The notes under the pieces: generated by a model
The model's input: the letters and a program-made list of their open reading frames with translations, nothing else
What the model was told of the DNA's origin: nothing
Database searches by the model: none
Shown: positions 1-10,255 of the stretch, piece by piece
Position numbering within the stretch: position 1 is the stretch's first letter
How the letters are laid out: the number at the start of each line of letters is the position of its first letter
NCBI GenBank assembly: GCA_002793855.1
Contig: PFET01000009.1
Location: 87,749 to 149,007 of the forward strand
Length of the DNA: 61,259 bases
Source of the DNA: Candidatus Uhrbacteria bacterium CG10_big_fil_rev_8_21_14_0_10_48_11
Lineage (GTDB): Bacteria; Patescibacteriota; Patescibacteriia; GWA2-46-9
Reading direction: 5' to 3'
Translations under genes and position numbers: made by a program

Positions 1-385
1 CAACCGGCACGGTAATACCGGGCATCCCTTGCTCCCCTTGTTGATAAGTGGGCGTCTCCCCTTTTACTACCCTCTCTTTGCCATCAGTAAGGATAACCGT
101 AGCTATCGCACCAAACGTAGGCGAATTTTTTCGGTAGTCGTAAAAAGCCCACAGAGCGCTCCCGTTAATGACGAAAAAATTTTCTGTCTGGCGAAAATGG
201 TAATGACCCGCCCGCGGTGCATTGCCGGTCGCTGCCGAAAGATAAATATTCTTTATTCCCTCTTTCGCTTGTGGGTTATCGGTACCGTTTGGCACCAGTT
301 CAGCAAGGTAACCTCGCTCATCGGCAATGAACCGGCTGAAGGTTACCACCAACCCTTCTATGGCTGTTGTTGTTGGCGTCTGCAT
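1..385 (-). CDS. rfbC: dTDP-4-dehydrorhamnose 3,5-epimerase-like cupin (3' truncated by window edge)
   Basis: Manual translation from ATG 385: MQTPTTTAIEGLVVTFSRFIADERGYLAE...RAGHYH...FYDYRKNSPTFG, which has RmlC-type DERG, R-x-x-HxH and D-x-R-x-x-SPTFG motifs. It lies directly downstream of rfbB and is missing from the ORF track. Confidence 0.8.
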   Translation of the reverse strand, partial: MQTPTTTAIEGLVVTFSRFIADERGYLAELVPNGTDNPQAKEGIKNIYLSAATGNAPRAGHYHFRQTENFFVINGSALWAFYDYRKNSPTFGAIATVILTDGKERVVKGETPTYQQGEQGMPGITVPV

Positions 386-394
386 AACGCTTCG

Positions 395-1396
395 CTATCC
401 CAAATGATTGTTAATGTTTTCTGCTTTCGCCTTGATGTTGTTCACCCACTCTTGGTTATTTTTATACCAGGAAATTGTCTCAGCAATGCCATCTTCAAAC
501 TTACGCGATGGCTGCCAGCCCAGCTCGGTTCGCAATTTTGTAGCATCAATAGCATAACGCCTATCGTGTCCCGGACGATCTTTAACAAAAGTAATGAGAG
601 ACTCGGGTTTGTCCAGAATGCGTAAAATATATTTTGCAATTTCTATATTTGGCTTTTCAGCGTTGCCGCCAATATTGTAAACCTCACCTGCTTTGCCTTT
701 ATGCAAAACTGTGTCTAACGCCGAACAGTGGTCGCGAACGTAGAGCCAATCGCGCACGTTCTTGCCGTCTCCATACAGCGGCAGCGGCTGATCATTCATT
801 GCTCGGTCAATAAAAAAGGGAACAATTTTTTCCGGAAACTGATACGGCCCGTAGTTATTCGAGCAGTGGGTTACCAAAACATCGCTTCCGAAGGTCTTAA
901 AAAAAGAGCGACACAAAAGGTCGCCACCCGCTTTGGCGGCGGCGTACGGAACATTGGGCGCAAACGGCGTTTCTTCGGTAAACGCAGAAGGGTCGTCAAG
1001 GTCAAGGGAACCGTAAACTTCGTCAGTCGAAACCTGCAGGTGACGGATGTTTCCGCGCTTTCTCTCGGCGTCAAGCAAGGTCTGCACGCCTAACACATTA
1101 GCCAGCACAAAATCTCGTGACCCAACGTGAATACTTCTGTCCACATGCGTCTCTGCGGCAAAATTAACAACCGCGTCTACGTCAGAGACCGCTTTGATAA
1201 CGGTTGCCTCGTCAGCAATATCTCCCTCAATAAAAGAGTACCGAGGATTGCCCGCTAGATCTCTCAAATTAGCCAGATTACCGGCGTAGGTCAATTTATC
1301 AAGATTGACCACCTCGTAATCAGGATACGTTTCAATAAGATGATGGATGAAGTTGGAGCCGATAAAGCCCGCTCCTCCGGCAACAAGTATGCGCAT
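395..1396 (-). CDS. rfbB: dTDP-glucose 4,6-dehydratase
   Basis: GGAGFIGSNF, NFAAETHVDRSI, STDEVYGS, YAAAK, NNYGPYQFPEK and DRPGHDRRYAID motifs. The start is placed at ATG 1396 (MRILVAGG). Confidence 0.95.
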   Translation of the reverse strand: MRILVAGGAGFIGSNFIHHLIETYPDYEVVNLDKLTYAGNLANLRDLAGNPRYSFIEGDIADEATVIKAVSDVDAVVNFAAETHVDRSIHVGSRDFVLANVLGVQTLLDAERKRGNIRHLQVSTDEVYGSLDLDDPSAFTEETPFAPNVPYAAAKAGGDLLCRSFFKTFGSDVLVTHCSNNYGPYQFPEKIVPFFIDRAMNDQPLPLYGDGKNVRDWLYVRDHCSALDTVLHKGKAGEVYNIGGNAEKPNIEIAKYILRILDKPESLITFVKDRPGHDRRYAIDATKLRTELGWQPSRKFEDGIAETISWYKNNQEWVNNIKAKAENINNHLG

Positions 1397-1484
1397 AGAT
1401 GCATCAAGCTTACTCAATTCTTGCCTGTTCGACAACTACCAAAAACAACATGGCCCTTTATGGGCCACGTTGTTTTTCTTTTAT

Positions 1485-4400
1485 CTACTGTTGCTGATTG
1501 TTTTGTTCATCCTCCTCACTATCACGATAGTAATAGCGATACCAAAGGTAAAGCAAAATAACCAGAAGGAGAAGCCACCAGTACCAGCAAATGCTAAGGA
1601 TAGCGTAGCACCCCGTACCACCAGTAGAAACGGTAACCGTCGGCAAGGTTTCTTCTTCTGGAGGTGTTACTATTGGTTGCTGGTTATTGCCCCCTTGTGT
1701 TTCTGTACCCTGTACTTCACCGGCAGGTGGGGTCACCTGTCCCGGACCAGTTTCCGCACCCGCAACTTCACCTGGTGGAGTGGGTGTTGGAGCTGGTGTT
1801 CCACCACCGCTTGGTGGAGGTGTCACTACGGTTGGTGGAGGTGTTGAGGTACCGCCACCGCCTCCACCACTCGTTGTTAAGGTAGTGGTTGCTGTTTTGG
1901 TCGTTGTACCACCTGCGGCATTACGGAAACGCGCATATACGGTTTTTAAGCCATCGCCAGACGTAAGCGTCCAAATGGTCGAGCTTGTCGCCGGTATAAA
2001 GCCTGGGGAATCACTAAAGTTCGAGAAATTACTTACTGCAATACCGGTAACATCAACACCGTAGGTAAATAGCAATGTTATGTTTGTGCTGGTAACGTTG
2101 TCACCTTCAGCAATGGCAACCGCTATGGTTGATGCGTCAGGACCAGATGGCGTTATGCCACCACCGCCTCCGCCGCCACCGCCTCCTCCGCCACCGCCTC
2201 CGCCAGTAGAGGTAGAACTAATAGTAACGTCTTGTGTTGTGGTAAGAATACCGTCAGTGGCGCTAAAACTTGCAGTGAACGAACCGACACTCGTTGGCGT
2301 CCAGCTAAAGGCACCGGTCGCTGTGTCGTAGGTCGCCCCAGCGGGCAAAGTCGGAGTAACCGTAACGGTATCCCCGTCAGGATCGGTCGCTATTAAGGTA
2401 AAGGTAATTGCAGTATTCACGGTGCCACTAGCACTGGTTGGGCCACTAAAGACCGGCGCGTGATTGTCGCACTTTACCACTGGATCGAAGCTAACATAGA
2501 ATCCGTCGCTTGCGGTCGTTACGATATTGGCAAACGATATCGTATTTGTTGTCGTGTCCGCAGTGACGTCATCGCTTCCACTTTCCAATGGATAAGTAAC
2601 ATCGCTTTCAACGGTTGTAACGGTTGTGTTAGCAAACTCAATCGTTCCGTTTACTGATTCGCTATTATCTCCACTCTCCAAATTGCCGTACAGAATGACG
2701 CGAAGTTTTCCGTCAATCCTTTGCACTGCAAGTCCCGCTACATCGGCGTACGCCGCAATATCAGGGTCACTAATGGCGACTCCGTTTTCCACAATGGGGA
2801 ACCAAACACCAGGAAGGAGGGCATTGGTGCTTGAGCCAAGGTAAATGACTGGATCAACATTACCCGTACCGGTCTTGCTGGTACTTTCAAAGCCGACGCG
2901 CGCGTAAGTAGTATCAATACAGGAAAGCGCATCACCAGCGGTAATTTCTGTTGAAGCATCAGCATTGAGCGAGCCATCAGTCACACTAAAGGTTGGTGTA
3001 ACGACTTGGGTCGTCGTCGGCAACCAATTAAAGACGCCAGTCGATGGGTCAAAGACTGCGTCAGACGGCAAATCAGTAGCGCTCAAGGTGAGTGCGTCAC
3101 CATCAACGTCGTCGGTCGTAACGGTAAATGACACAAGCGTGTTAGCCGTAGCAGCTACGGTAGCCGGTGCAACAATAGTTGGTGCATGGTTACCGCCACC
3201 GCCGCCTCCCCCACTCGTAATGGTAATGGCCACTGTCTTTGTGGTCGTGTTTGTTCCGTCGGTTGCCTCAAAGGTAGCTGTGTAGTTACCGGTTGAACTT
3301 GGTGTCCACGTAAACAGGCCGGTCGTTTCATCGTAGGTAGCACCACTCGGTAACGTATTATTTAGGGTCAGTGGGTCACCATCCGGATCGCTAATTGTTT
3401 CCGTAAAGGTCAGCTCTGTACCGTCAGTTCCGCTGGCCGTATCCGGACCGTCAATGATCGGCGCTCGGTTACAGGTTAATGAACCTTCGGTAACAATGAA
3501 GGCATCTGCCTTGACGCTCAGTGCTAAGTAGAAACCAACGTTTCCGCTAAGTATACCAACCTGATCTGGAGATTCCATGGCGTTGTCTCCAATATCCGAT
3601 GCCGTACCAACAGCTGAAGTACCACTAAACTCTATGCGTCCGTCTATGCGTTCGTGATTTAGCTGAATACTGCCGGTACTTTCATGGTAACCGTAATCTA
3701 GTACTCGCAACGCACCGTCTTGGCGCTCTATGGCAAGACCGGCAACATTAGCATAAGGGGCAATATCGCTGTCCACAATGGCAGATCCGTCAGCATTCGT
3801 AAGTGGGAACCATGCACCTGATGGCAAGTAGTTGGTATTTTGTCCAGCGTATACCACTGGCGCAAAGTTTCCGGTGCCACTATTCTCGTATCCATTAATC
3901 AATATGCGAGCGTAAGCAATTGGCTCACAAGAAATTTGTTCGGTTACGGTAATGACTGTTTGTGCGCTTACGGCGTCCGTTCCGTCGCTAACACTAAAGG
4001 TTGGTGTAAACGTGCCCGTTGTTTTTGGAAGCCAGTTGAAAATGCCGCTTGCAGGGTCGAACACCGCGCCAGCTGGAAGATCGGTGACGCTCAGCGTCAA
4101 CGGATCTGCATCAGCATCGTCGGCGGTTACGGTAAACTGAACAAGTTTGTTTGCCGTAACATCAACGGTTGCTGGTGCAACAATGGTGGGTGGAGTGTTT
4201 TCAGTTCCGCTCCCACCATCAGTTATCGTGATGGCAACTGTTTTTGAGGTACTGTCGAGCCAATCAGAAGCAGAAAACGTTGCCGAATAGGTACCTACCG
4301 TATCCGGCGTCCAGCTAAAGAGCCCTTTAGTTTGGTCAAAGGTTGCACCTGTTGGTAATGTATCGTCAGTCAAGGTCACTGCATCATTATCCGCATCACT

Positions 4401-7400
4401 TCCGGAAACAATAAAGGTAAGCGCGCTTCCTGCCGGGCCAGTTACCGTACGTGGTGCGTCAATGGTTGGTGGTGTGTTGCATACTGCATCTGACAAGCTA
4501 GTAATGAACCCGTCCGAGATAAAACCAAGAGACATATAAAATGCCACATTGCCGTTCACGATTGCTGCGACATCTTCAGGGTCAAGGGCTCGCACGCCGA
4601 CGTCAGAAGTCGGATGTAATGCCTTTGTACCTCGAAACTCGATGCGGCCATCAATACGTTCCCAGTTTGCTGGCGTTCCGTCTGCAGCCAAGAAACCATA
4701 GTCAACAACTCTTAGCGCACCATTCTGTCGTTCAACAGCCAACCCTGGCACATTTTCATAGCCAGCAATGTCAGGGTCGATAATCCACGATCCGTCGGGA
4801 TTCGTCAGTGGGAACCATTGTCCGGATGCGATAGAGGTTGTCCCTTGTCCCACATAGGAAACTGGCGAAAAATTACCCGTCCCAGAATTCTGATATCCGT
4901 TAATGATAATGCGCGCCTCAGCAACCGGTGTACAAGGTATGGCGTCGCCAATATCGAGCGTAACCTCTTGACTTGCCGGATCGATGCCGTCGGTAGCTGT
5001 CACTGTTACCGTAAAGGTTCCACTTGTACTTGGCGTCCAGGTAAAGATTCCTGTAGACACGTCAAAGGTGGAGCCTGACGGTAGACTGGCTGCGCTTAGG
5101 GTAACCGTGTCGCCGTCGGCATCGGTAGCGCTTGCGGTAAACGTCACGTCAACACCGGCATTGCCGCTAATGGTAGTGCTAGGAGAAATGGTAAGTACGG
5201 GTGGAGTGTTACCGCCACCGCCAGTTCCGGTGTACGTGTTTACAAAGGCGCAGGTAACGTGTCCACCAGCCGCAAGATCAATGTCAGAGGGGTCGTACGT
5301 TGTTGCGCTTCCTTCAACAGTGCAGCTCACCGGTGACAATACCCAGCCATCAACGGAACCTTCCGTAACAGCGTGCGCTCCGGGGAGAAGTCCTGTGTAG
5401 TCATGTGAATCACCATTGCCAAGCATCGTATCGGCTCCGCCATCCAAACTGAAGGCGAACTTGCGATCGCTCGAGCTTGGGTCGGTAGTTTTCGTAACCG
5501 TAATGGTGCCCAGTTGTACGTTGCCGAAATTGCGCTGGGTCTTATTTCCGTGCGAGGTCATGGCAACCGTGTAGCTGCCGTCATCTGCCCCGCCAAGAGT
5601 GCTATCAGCGCTGGTTGGGTCGGTCTGCTGCCAGCCGACTTGCACTTGCTCAGTTACCGTGTAGGTACCAGGTCCAACGACATCAAAGCGATACTTACCC
5701 TCACTGTCCGACGTTGTTATTCTTGGTGCTGAACCAGTATCAAGAACAATGGTCCAGCCAGAAAGCAAAGGTTCCCCAGACTCATCCTCACCGCTAAGGT
5801 TAAGATCGCTGTAGACGTGTCCACTAATACTGCCGTACTCAAAGTTACCAAAATCTTGGTTCGCCAAATCTTCACCGGCGCTGACGGTTACCATATGAAT
5901 ACCCGGATCTGCCGGATAGGTCTGTACCCAAGCCGTCTGTGATTCTTCGCTAATAGTGTAGTTATCAGGGACAACGTTCAAGAACTGATAGAAACCGTTA
6001 CTGTCAGTAGTTGTTGTTACCGCTGGGTCAACACCGTTATCAAGATCGATTACCCAACCTGACAACCCCGGCTCTCCGTCATCCTTTACTCCATTACCAT
6101 TTACGTCCTTAAATTTTACGCCTGAAATCAAAGCAAGTTCGGTGCTGTTGTAGGTACAGACAATTGCTTGCCCTGCCGCCAAATTAAGTGCTGAGGGATC
6201 CTGCCCATCAGTACAGCTTGGAGTTGAATCAAGCTCGAATCCAACAGAAGCCGTACCAACAAGGCTATAAGTGCTCGGTAATAAATCGTCAAAGGTGTAA
6301 GAATTGCTACCGGCAATTGTCGTATTGTGAGTCGAGCTGTCGCTGGTTTTAGTCAAAGCAAAGTTAAAGCTACCGCCGGTGGCAGAATTGACGACCGTGA
6401 TGGAACCACGTTGCGTGTTGGTATAGGCACAACTAATATCCTGTCCAGCCATAAGCGTAATATCGTTACCACTATTGTAGGACGTGCCATCGCAGGTTAC
6501 GTCACCCCTGTCCCATCCGGTTACGTCGGCTTCTGTAACTTGATAGATACCTGGAAGAAGACCACTAAACGTGGCGCTCTCCCCGTCTTTCAGCGTGGCT
6601 GCACCGCTAGATGTCCCAGAAAGAGCAAAAACAAATGCTTGGTCAGAACCGCTTGGGTCGGTAGTTTTAGCAACCGAAATTGAACCCAGCTCCACATTAC
6701 CAAAATCAAGATGCTGAATGTTGCTATCGTCAACAACAACCTGCGTGTATCCGTAGTCACTTGGGCATACAGTACCACTGGTTGGGTACGTCTGCTGAAA
6801 ACCAGTCGGAATTGTTTCGCAGACTGTGTAGCTACCAGCAGGCAAATTACTCGCGCTATACTCGCCGATTGTCCCCGTCTGTACGGTTACGGTAACTGGA
6901 CCAGTCAAGGTAACAGTAACAGCAGACAATGGCATACTGTCATTCTTGATGCCATCGGCATTGAGATCGTTAAATATTGTTCCGCCAATAATGGCGTTGT
7001 CGAGAGGCGGCTCAACACCGTCACCCCAAACCGTAATGTCGTCTAAACGGGTAAAACTAATGTTCCCAGATGGCGCAGTGGTTTCAAAGCGCAAAGTAAA
7101 ATTAGGATTATTGCCTGCTCCTTTCAGCGAACCAAACGATACCCAGTGCAAGAACGAATCATTGGTGTCCTCAGGTGCTTCAAGCTGAAACCACGGCGCA
7201 GAGCCGGTCAAAGAATAGGATGCGGTAAAGAGGTTATCTTGGTTAGACACGCGTCGTGCATAGGCAACGTGAATACCATAAGCACCAACCGTACTAATGG
7301 TTTTGGTTATGGTGTCGTGAACATTCTTCCTTCCATCAAGTTGTACCCCGTGTCCTTTGTCCGGCGTACCATCGTCCGTATAAAAGACGCGATCATTATT

Positions 7401-8201
7401 TCTGGTTCGTTGCTTAACTTTTGCCGTACCTTCAGTAATCCAATTTTCCGGTGGCTTATTTTTGACATCGTCTTCAAAACCGTCGTAAAAAACGGGTGCA
7501 ACCGTGCCGACCACAAAAACGTCATCAACGCCAACATACTCACCGTCAACGCCCCGCATCAAGAACTGAATAGTGATCATGGCGTGGCGGTCGGTATTAT
7601 CAATGGTATAGATATACTGTGTCCGGTCAGGATAGGCATCAGTATGCGGAACCGGGGCGATACTTTCCGCCGTTGGCTCTACAAAAGGTCGATTGTCGAA
7701 AGCATAACGGAAAAGCAGTGAACTCTCTGAACCAGTCGCAAAGTTATCAATTGTTGAAAACTCTACCGATAATGTTTTGTAGCCTCGTGTCGCAACTTCT
7801 CTGCTTGCCGCATCATCTATACCAGTTGCGGTATGACCATTAAGTAGCAGCCCTTCGGTACCAACTGCTCCAACCGCTGCTCCACTCTGAGTGGTTACCG
7901 CTCTTGTCCCGTGGTGCCATGCGCCTTTGACGGGTTCCCAGTTATTGTAACCAAAGTGATGGTTAGATTGTTCAAAATTATCGTAAAAAAGATTATTTCC
8001 CGTCGATGAACTAGCATTGGCTACTTGCGCCGCAAAGGGCATACTTACTGGCCCAAAGCTTCCCAGTACCATCGTCAAAATAGTAAGCCCAGTTGTTATT
8101 TTGCGCGTAAATAATTTAAGTTGCGCCTTGCGACCCACCAACAAACGGCCAGTCGCTCCCCAGAATTTCCCCCCTGTTAATTGCAGTTTAAAGTGAGTCA
8201 T
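1485..8201 (-). CDS. Giant (2238 aa) surface/adhesin-like protein: signal peptide, two N-terminal beta-rich modules, SdrD-B-like and prealbumin-like repeats, putative Ig/cadherin-like repeats, Gly/Pro/Thr linker, C-terminal TM anchor
   Basis: It has three SdrD-B-like starts (IGGTIFNDLNADG, ISGVKFKDVNGNG, ISGHVYSDLNLSG) and repeated N-x-x-P...D-x-D-x-D...LP-x-GA-x-FD...G-x-F-x-W-x-P Ig units. A 16-Gly run lies at 2157-2204, and the protein ends in the TM segment WYWWLLLLVILLYLWY followed by a short charged tail. Confidence 0.85.
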   Translation of the reverse strand: MTHFKLQLTGGKFWGATGRLLVGRKAQLKLFTRKITTGLTILTMVLGSFGPVSMPFAAQVANASSSTGNNLFYDNFEQSNHHFGYNNWEPVKGAWHHGTRAVTTQSGAAVGAVGTEGLLLNGHTATGIDDAASREVATRGYKTLSVEFSTIDNFATGSESSLLFRYAFDNRPFVEPTAESIAPVPHTDAYPDRTQYIYTIDNTDRHAMITIQFLMRGVDGEYVGVDDVFVVGTVAPVFYDGFEDDVKNKPPENWITEGTAKVKQRTRNNDRVFYTDDGTPDKGHGVQLDGRKNVHDTITKTISTVGAYGIHVAYARRVSNQDNLFTASYSLTGSAPWFQLEAPEDTNDSFLHWVSFGSLKGAGNNPNFTLRFETTAPSGNISFTRLDDITVWGDGVEPPLDNAIIGGTIFNDLNADGIKNDSMPLSAVTVTLTGPVTVTVQTGTIGEYSASNLPAGSYTVCETIPTGFQQTYPTSGTVCPSDYGYTQVVVDDSNIQHLDFGNVELGSISVAKTTDPSGSDQAFVFALSGTSSGAATLKDGESATFSGLLPGIYQVTEADVTGWDRGDVTCDGTSYNSGNDITLMAGQDISCAYTNTQRGSITVVNSATGGSFNFALTKTSDSSTHNTTIAGSNSYTFDDLLPSTYSLVGTASVGFELDSTPSCTDGQDPSALNLAAGQAIVCTYNSTELALISGVKFKDVNGNGVKDDGEPGLSGWVIDLDNGVDPAVTTTTDSNGFYQFLNVVPDNYTISEESQTAWVQTYPADPGIHMVTVSAGEDLANQDFGNFEYGSISGHVYSDLNLSGEDESGEPLLSGWTIVLDTGSAPRITTSDSEGKYRFDVVGPGTYTVTEQVQVGWQQTDPTSADSTLGGADDGSYTVAMTSHGNKTQRNFGNVQLGTITVTKTTDPSSSDRKFAFSLDGGADTMLGNGDSHDYTGLLPGAHAVTEGSVDGWVLSPVSCTVEGSATTYDPSDIDLAAGGHVTCAFVNTYTGTGGGGNTPPVLTISPSTTISGNAGVDVTFTASATDADGDTVTLSAASLPSGSTFDVSTGIFTWTPSTSGTFTVTVTATDGIDPASQEVTLDIGDAIPCTPVAEARIIINGYQNSGTGNFSPVSYVGQGTTSIASGQWFPLTNPDGSWIIDPDIAGYENVPGLAVERQNGALRVVDYGFLAADGTPANWERIDGRIEFRGTKALHPTSDVGVRALDPEDVAAIVNGNVAFYMSLGFISDGFITSLSDAVCNTPPTIDAPRTVTGPAGSALTFIVSGSDADNDAVTLTDDTLPTGATFDQTKGLFSWTPDTVGTYSATFSASDWLDSTSKTVAITITDGGSGTENTPPTIVAPATVDVTANKLVQFTVTADDADADPLTLSVTDLPAGAVFDPASGIFNWLPKTTGTFTPTFSVSDGTDAVSAQTVITVTEQISCEPIAYARILINGYENSGTGNFAPVVYAGQNTNYLPSGAWFPLTNADGSAIVDSDIAPYANVAGLAIERQDGALRVLDYGYHESTGSIQLNHERIDGRIEFSGTSAVGTASDIGDNAMESPDQVGILSGNVGFYLALSVKADAFIVTEGSLTCNRAPIIDGPDTASGTDGTELTFTETISDPDGDPLTLNNTLPSGATYDETTGLFTWTPSSTGNYTATFEATDGTNTTTKTVAITITSGGGGGGGNHAPTIVAPATVAATANTLVSFTVTTDDVDGDALTLSATDLPSDAVFDPSTGVFNWLPTTTQVVTPTFSVTDGSLNADASTEITAGDALSCIDTTYARVGFESTSKTGTGNVDPVIYLGSSTNALLPGVWFPIVENGVAISDPDIAAYADVAGLAVQRIDGKLRVILYGNLESGDNSESVNGTIEFANTTVTTVESDVTYPLESGSDDVTADTTTNTISFANIVTTASDGFYVSFDPVVKCDNHAPVFSGPTSASGTVNTAITFTLIATDPDGDTVTVTPTLPAGATYDTATGAFSWTPTSVGSFTASFSATDGILTTTQDVTISSTSTGGGGGGGGGGGGGGGGITPSGPDASTIAVAIAEGDNVTSTNITLLFTYGVDVTGIAVSNFSNFSDSPGFIPATSSTIWTLTSGDGLKTVYARFRNAAGGTTTKTATTTLTTSGGGGGGTSTPPPTVVTPPPSGGGTPAPTPTPPGEVAGAETGPGQVTPPAGEVQGTETQGGNNQQPIVTPPEEETLPTVTVSTGGTGCYAILSICWYWWLLLLVILLYLWYRYYYRDSEEDEQNNQQQ
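2469..4934 (-). repeat. Three copies of a ~152-aa Cys-bracketed domain repeating every ~1005 bp inside the giant protein
   Basis: Copies at 4479-4934, 3471-3929 and 2469-2921 share AR...GTGN...WFP...D-x-DIA-x-Y-x-x-V-x-GLA-x-x-R-x-x-G-x-LRV...G-x-IEF, with a Cys at each end. Confidence 0.85.
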
Positions 8202-8466
8202 ATAAGTCTAAAATTAAAAGCAAACAAAAACGAACGTCACCGTATGCTATTTTCATAGCGGATGTGTTTCTTTTTATTTTTAGGTTTTCCTAGTCAGTTA
8301 CTAGTTTACCCGCTTTTACGAATCAAAAATATAAATCTTGGCGGTTCTTCTCCCCTTTGAACCATACAAATCGTTGTTGCCGAGCACGTTGGCTCCGAAA
8401 ATCAAAGTTCTTAAGAAATCGTCGTTTTTCTGTGATGTCTGTCTTTGCTTAGACGAAGTACAACTC

Positions 8467-8494
8467 ACTATAGCAAACGTATATTATTTGTCAA
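8467..8494 (-). promoter_or_regulatory. Sigma70-type promoter for the giant surface protein gene
   Basis: On the minus strand, TTGACA (8489-8494), a 16-nt spacer and TATAGT (8467-8472) sit about 260 nt upstream of the ATG at 8201. Confidence 0.65.
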
Positions 8495-8511
8495 CAAACA
8501 ATAAAAATAGC

Positions 8512-8520
8512 TGTGGATAA
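8512..8520. promoter_or_regulatory. Perfect DnaA box
   Basis: TGTGGATAA is the reverse complement of the consensus TTATCCACA and lies just upstream of the -35 above. Confidence 0.45.
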
Positions 8521-8572
8521 CTATCCTGTATATGCTAGACCAAAAAAATAGAACAAAAACAAGTTCCTCCTT

Positions 8573-9763
8573 TTACACAATCAGAAGGAAAACAGCCAGC
8601 ACCACAACAGCAATAGAGTGGCTAACCAGCGAATGATGACGAATGTGAAATTTAAGAGCAAAGAGGTAAACAAGGATACCAGCTGCCAAAAAGACACTAA
8701 AAGCGAGATAAAACGCACGAACCTTGTCATTCAAGTTTTGCACCTTTAGTAAACCGCCAAAAAATGAAGCAAATCGATCAGTACCTTCGTTGAAGATGTA
8801 TAACTGCTGGGTTTTTGAAGCAGGTGCAACAAGCGCCACCGGCTTTGTTTCTGGTAACAAACCCCTAACTAATGCCGTTAAGGTAAGCTGTTCACCATTA
8901 TTCGAAAGTGTTTTTGCGTCATAGGGGACGCTACCGGTCCACTGCCCGTCACTATTTTGAGATAAATCGCTCTCTACGCCAGCAAGTTGAGCTCTGACAG
9001 CCTCAGCTTTGGGAGCTTTAACCGCAACCTTAAGCGCGGTGTTCTCCTCCTTAATAACCAACGAAGAGTCGTCAAATAAGCTAGGAGCTGTGGTTGTTTT
9101 AGGGTTAGTTTCAACTGGCGCGGAGGCAAGAATACCCGCTGGTTGCCCGAACATCTGCACCACAAAGGTTGACGTTACCCCTTCATATTTTCCCGTTGCG
9201 GTGCCGACACCAATTTCGGTATAGACTTGATTGACGATATTAGCCCGATGGGAAGGGCTTGCCATCCAACCAGCATCAACATCTTCAGCAGAATGAAAGT
9301 GTACTGCCAAGTTTTCCCCAGCATAGGTGTAGCGATATCCCACCTGCTGCATCCATACCCATGGGGTCGTACCGTCGGGGCTAGTATGGGCAAAATACCC
9401 GTGGGCGAGCATATCCATTGCCTTGTCCTGGGCTGCGGCAGACAAAAGCTGATTTACCTTAAGGTTTGATAACCCTAAGTTTTCACGCTCTTGATTGGTT
9501 AACTCAATAATATTCTTAGCGGTGATAGAGCTCGAATAAAGACTAGATGAAGGCAGTGTAATTGGTCCCAAGATGATAAGCACCTTAAACAGAATCAAAA
9601 CTACGCTGTAACCAAAAAGTACGCGATGCCGTAGCGCTTGTGGACGATAATCGTTACCGGCATGCGGAATGAGGTGATCTTTCGCCATTTTGTAGCCACG
9701 CTTAAAACCACGGTGAACCGTGTTATGCATTGCCGACTTTTTTGGGCTTATTTTTCGTGGCAT
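8573..9763 (-). CDS. CAP (SCP/cysteine-rich secretory) domain membrane protein
   Basis: LTNQER...L...LSAAAQDKAMDM..GYFAHTSPDG...AGENLA...WMASPSHRANI...YTEIGVG, with N- and C-terminal TM segments. Confidence 0.9.
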   Translation of the reverse strand: MPRKISPKKSAMHNTVHRGFKRGYKMAKDHLIPHAGNDYRPQALRHRVLFGYSVVLILFKVLIILGPITLPSSSLYSSSITAKNIIELTNQERENLGLSNLKVNQLLSAAAQDKAMDMLAHGYFAHTSPDGTTPWVWMQQVGYRYTYAGENLAVHFHSAEDVDAGWMASPSHRANIVNQVYTEIGVGTATGKYEGVTSTFVVQMFGQPAGILASAPVETNPKTTTAPSLFDDSSLVIKEENTALKVAVKAPKAEAVRAQLAGVESDLSQNSDGQWTGSVPYDAKTLSNNGEQLTLTALVRGLLPETKPVALVAPASKTQQLYIFNEGTDRFASFFGGLLKVQNLNDKVRAFYLAFSVFLAAGILVYLFALKFHIRHHSLVSHSIAVVVLAVFLLIV

Positions 9764-9827
9764 AGGTGGCGGATTTAAAAACGACGCATTGCGTTTCTAA
9801 AAACGGTACACTGTAGCCTAAAATTTA

Positions 9828-10247
9828 TCATTTGTCAATACCTACCGCAGCGCGGATATTTTTTGCAATGGTTTCCGCTTCTCCCTCGGCGTACTTGTGA
9901 TGCTGCCACGGCTGAAGTCCGTCGTCGGTTTTTCTGGGGATAATATGAAAGTGCGTATGAAAAACTAACTGCCCAGAAGCTTTACCGTTGTTAAGAGTAA
10001 TATTAAAAGCTTCCGCATTTGCTCCCTCCATTACCGCCTTCGCTATCAGCTGCAAGCGTGAAGTAAGCGCCGCCAATGTCTGGATCGATAATTGAAGAAG
10101 GGTGTCGGAATGTTCTTTAGGAATAAGTAACGTATGCCCCGGCCGGATTGGCTGGATGTCCAAAAAAGCAACAACCGCATCGTCTTCATAAATTTTCGTA
10201 CTCGGTATCTCTTCGGCAACGATTTTACAAAAAATACATTCTTCCAT
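9828..10247 (-). CDS. HIT family hydrolase
   Basis: CIFCKI N-terminus and an HTHFHIIPR histidine triad. Confidence 0.92.
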   Translation of the reverse strand: MEECIFCKIVAEEIPSTKIYEDDAVVAFLDIQPIRPGHTLLIPKEHSDTLLQLSIQTLAALTSRLQLIAKAVMEGANAEAFNITLNNGKASGQLVFHTHFHIIPRKTDDGLQPWQHHKYAEGEAETIAKNIRAAVGIDK

Positions 10248-10255
10248 AATTATCC

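Noticed and set aside
1560-1640. LPTVTVSTGG before the TM anchor as a sortase LPXTG signal
   Set aside because: It does not match LPxTG, the tail after the TM segment is mostly acidic/Gln rather than basic, and no sortase is seen.
29-7843. Many plus-strand ORFs antisense to rfbC, rfbB and the giant protein, including poly-Pro ORFs
   Set aside because: They are shadows of strong minus-strand genes. The poly-Pro tracts are the reverse complement of Gly codons.
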